In this document: one piece after another, positions 22,375 through 24,000 of the stretch
Layout of the letters: every line of letters begins with the position of its first letter
Position numbering within the stretch: position 1 is the first letter of the stretch
DNA from: Desulfobacula toluolica Tol2
GTDB lineage: Bacteria > Desulfobacterota > Desulfobacteria > Desulfobacterales > Desulfobacteraceae
Assembly: GCF_000307105.1 (NCBI RefSeq)
Contig: NC_018645.1
Coordinates: 856,578-880,577 of the forward strand
Length of the DNA: 24,000 bases
Direction: 5' to 3'
Translations under genes and position numbers: made by a program
The notes under the pieces: model-generated
The model's database searches: none
What the model was told of the DNA's origin: nothing
Seen by the model: the letters and a program-made list of their open reading frames with translations, nothing else

Positions 22375-23583
22375 TCAAATAATACCTATACCGGCAAAAA
22401 TATCGAGTCCCCCGTGATAAATGGGTTTTAGCTCAAGCTTGAGTCCAAGAGATGATTTGTATTCTCCGGACGGAAGAATGATCCCAAAGCGCCATCCTTT
22501 AAAGTCTGCAGCCAGTTTTTTTCCGATTTCACGGTAAAAAGACCGGGTATCGCTTTTTTCACCAAGTCTTTTTCCGTAAGGCGGATTTAACATTACCACT
22601 CCTTTTTTTTCAGGTGATATCATAGAAGGCAGGATGGTAAAAAAGTCTGTTTTTGATACGTCTATGACAGGGTTGAGCCTGGAATGTGAAATGTTTTGTT
22701 CCATGGCAGTCAAGGCCATCTCATCGATATCAGATGCAAAAATCTGTTTTGCAGAACAATGGGTAAAATTTTCTTGCGCCTGCTTTTTTATATGAGAATA
22801 GGCTTTCGGGCTGAATCCAGGCCAGTTTTCAAAGGCAAAAGACCTGAAAAAGCCAGGTGGTATACAGGATTTTATCATGGCGGCTTCAAGCGAGAATGTG
22901 CCTGACCCGCACATTGGATCAATCAATATATCTTCTTTTGAAAACCCGGCCCAGAAAAGCATGGCAAAAGCCAGGTTTTCTCTCAGCGGTGCCTGGGTTA
23001 CTTTCTGTTTAAGGCCTCTTTTAAATAAAAGCTCTCCTGTGCTGTCTAAGGAGACGGTAAAATTGTCGTCTTCAACCCGGACATAGATGGTTTGAGTTGA
23101 TATTTTACCGGGTATCCCGTCAAATCCGCTGCCTGACCTGATCTGATCAAGGATTATTTTTTCACATCTTTGTGCAATGGCATCTGAATGATACAATCTT
23201 GATTTTCTGGCTGTAACATTAAATTTGAGATGACAATTTTTCGGCAGATAAAGTATCCAGTCAATGGCATTGATTTTTTTTTCAAGTTTCTTAAAAGAGT
23301 CTGCCTTAAAGCTGTTGATTCGCATCAGGATTTTTGAAGGGCTTCTTAAATTAAGATTCAACAGTACACATGAATTTAGTTTGCCTATAAATTCAATTCC
23401 ACCCTGGATGACGCTTATGTTATCTTCAGGGAAAGAGGACAGATTTGAAATCTGTCCTTGCATTTCATTGAGGCAAACTTGTTTTAATCCGGGAGAACAA
23501 GACACAAAAAAAGAGTGGTCCCGGCCAATAATCCTTCTTTTTACCCTTTTTTCATATGAAGATGGTTTCATTATTGCAGTCAT
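22375..23583 (-). CDS. THUMP-domain class I SAM-dependent RNA methyltransferase, RlmL-like (homolog of the N-terminal half of E. coli RlmKL; COG0116/UPF0020)
   Basis: 402 aa. APLRENLAFAML, DPMCGSGTFSLEAAM and LNPPYGKRLG are the UPF0020 motifs. An N-terminal ferredoxin-like/THUMP region is present. The start could alternatively be MKPSSYEK (23571). Confidence 0.85.
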   Translation of the reverse strand: MTAIMKPSSYEKRVKRRIIGRDHSFFVSCSPGLKQVCLNEMQGQISNLSSFPEDNISVIQGGIEFIGKLNSCVLLNLNLRSPSKILMRINSFKADSFKKLEKKINAIDWILYLPKNCHLKFNVTARKSRLYHSDAIAQRCEKIILDQIRSGSGFDGIPGKISTQTIYVRVEDDNFTVSLDSTGELLFKRGLKQKVTQAPLRENLAFAMLFWAGFSKEDILIDPMCGSGTFSLEAAMIKSCIPPGFFRSFAFENWPGFSPKAYSHIKKQAQENFTHCSAKQIFASDIDEMALTAMEQNISHSRLNPVIDVSKTDFFTILPSMISPEKKGVVMLNPPYGKRLGEKSDTRSFYREIGKKLAADFKGWRFGIILPSGEYKSSLGLKLELKPIYHGGLDIFAGIGII

Positions 23584-23585
23584 TA

Positions 23586-24000
23586 TTACAATCTGTTATG
23601 GGCGCAGCGGATCAGTCCTTCTGTGCTTTCCCAGGAGATGCATTCATCTGTGATGGAAACGCCGTATTTAAGGGATTTTATATCTCCATTGCATTTCTGG
23701 TTGCCTTCAAAGAGATTGCTTTCAAGCATTAAGCCTATTATGCTGCTGTTTCCTTCAATGCGCTGATCCAGAACACTTTTAAATACAAAAGACTGTCCCG
23801 TGTATTTTTGTCCGGAGTTATCATGGGAACAGTCAATCATGACCGCATCAGGAAGATTTTTTGCTTTTAATTTTTCCAGGGCTTTACCCACGGAAATGGG
23901 ATCATAATTCGTGTGTCCTCCACCCCTGAGAACAAGGTGGCCGAATGGATTTCCCCTGGTTGACACTATGGCTGTATATCCATGTGGTTCAACTCCGAGG
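23586..24000 (-). CDS. 3-deoxy-7-phosphoheptulonate (DAHP) synthase, class I (AroF/G/H type); C-terminal part only, 5' end beyond the right edge
   Basis: The frame stays open upstream of the track's Met to the window edge (…VEPHGYTAIVSTRGNPFGHLVLRGG…). IDCSHDNSGQKY and YGVSITDECISWEST match class I-alpha DAHP synthases. The stop is 2 nt before the next gene's start. Confidence 0.9.
   Translation of the reverse strand, partial: LGVEPHGYTAIVSTRGNPFGHLVLRGGGHTNYDPISVGKALEKLKAKNLPDAVMIDCSHDNSGQKYTGQSFVFKSVLDQRIEGNSSIIGLMLESNLFEGNQKCNGDIKSLKYGVSITDECISWESTEGLIRCAHNRL

Overview
This is a 24-kb chromosomal segment, moderately AT-rich. Its gene content resembles an anaerobic sulfate-reducer-type deltaproteobacterium (Desulfobacterales-like), but that taxonomic guess is inference only. 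I saw no rRNA, tRNA, CRISPR array, transposase, integrase or recognisable defence genes. Left to right: (1) a minus-strand LolA-like protein plus two FtsX-type ABC permeases, the last one running off the left edge and absent from the ORF track; (2) a low-GC stand-alone pRiA4b-ORF3-family gene; (3) an FMN riboswitch followed by ribB; (4) hypC-hypF-hypD-(173-nt spacer with tandem repeats)-hypE; (5) a minus-strand 4HBT thioesterase, then DUF190 and crcB (fluoride channel) and a small membrane-anchored hypothetical; (6) a 1.1-kb AT-rich gene-poor spacer with an unlisted 59-codon ORF, followed by a MetA/phenol-degradation-type outer-membrane barrel; (7) a minus-strand RlmK-like methyltransferase translationally coupled to a DUF309 protein; (8) a plus-strand cluster of a small siroheme sulfite/nitrite reductase (alSiR-like), a Tat-signal DUF362 protein, a NapH-NapG fusion polyferredoxin and small CbiX; (9) a GT4 glycosyltransferase, a PP2C-like protein, a THUMP/RlmL-like methyltransferase and the 3' part of a class-I DAHP synthase running off the right edge. 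Two things are not explained by ordinary annotation. (a) A ~90-100-nt two-hairpin repeat occurs 4 times in full, plus degenerate copies, always intergenic and always in the same orientation, between 11.2 and 19.7 kb, with compensatory stem changes. (b) The Tat-DUF362 / NapH-NapG fusion module, bracketed by siroheme genes, looks like an uncharacterised membrane redox system. I cannot show either to be novel without database searches. The rest of the window is ordinary housekeeping.
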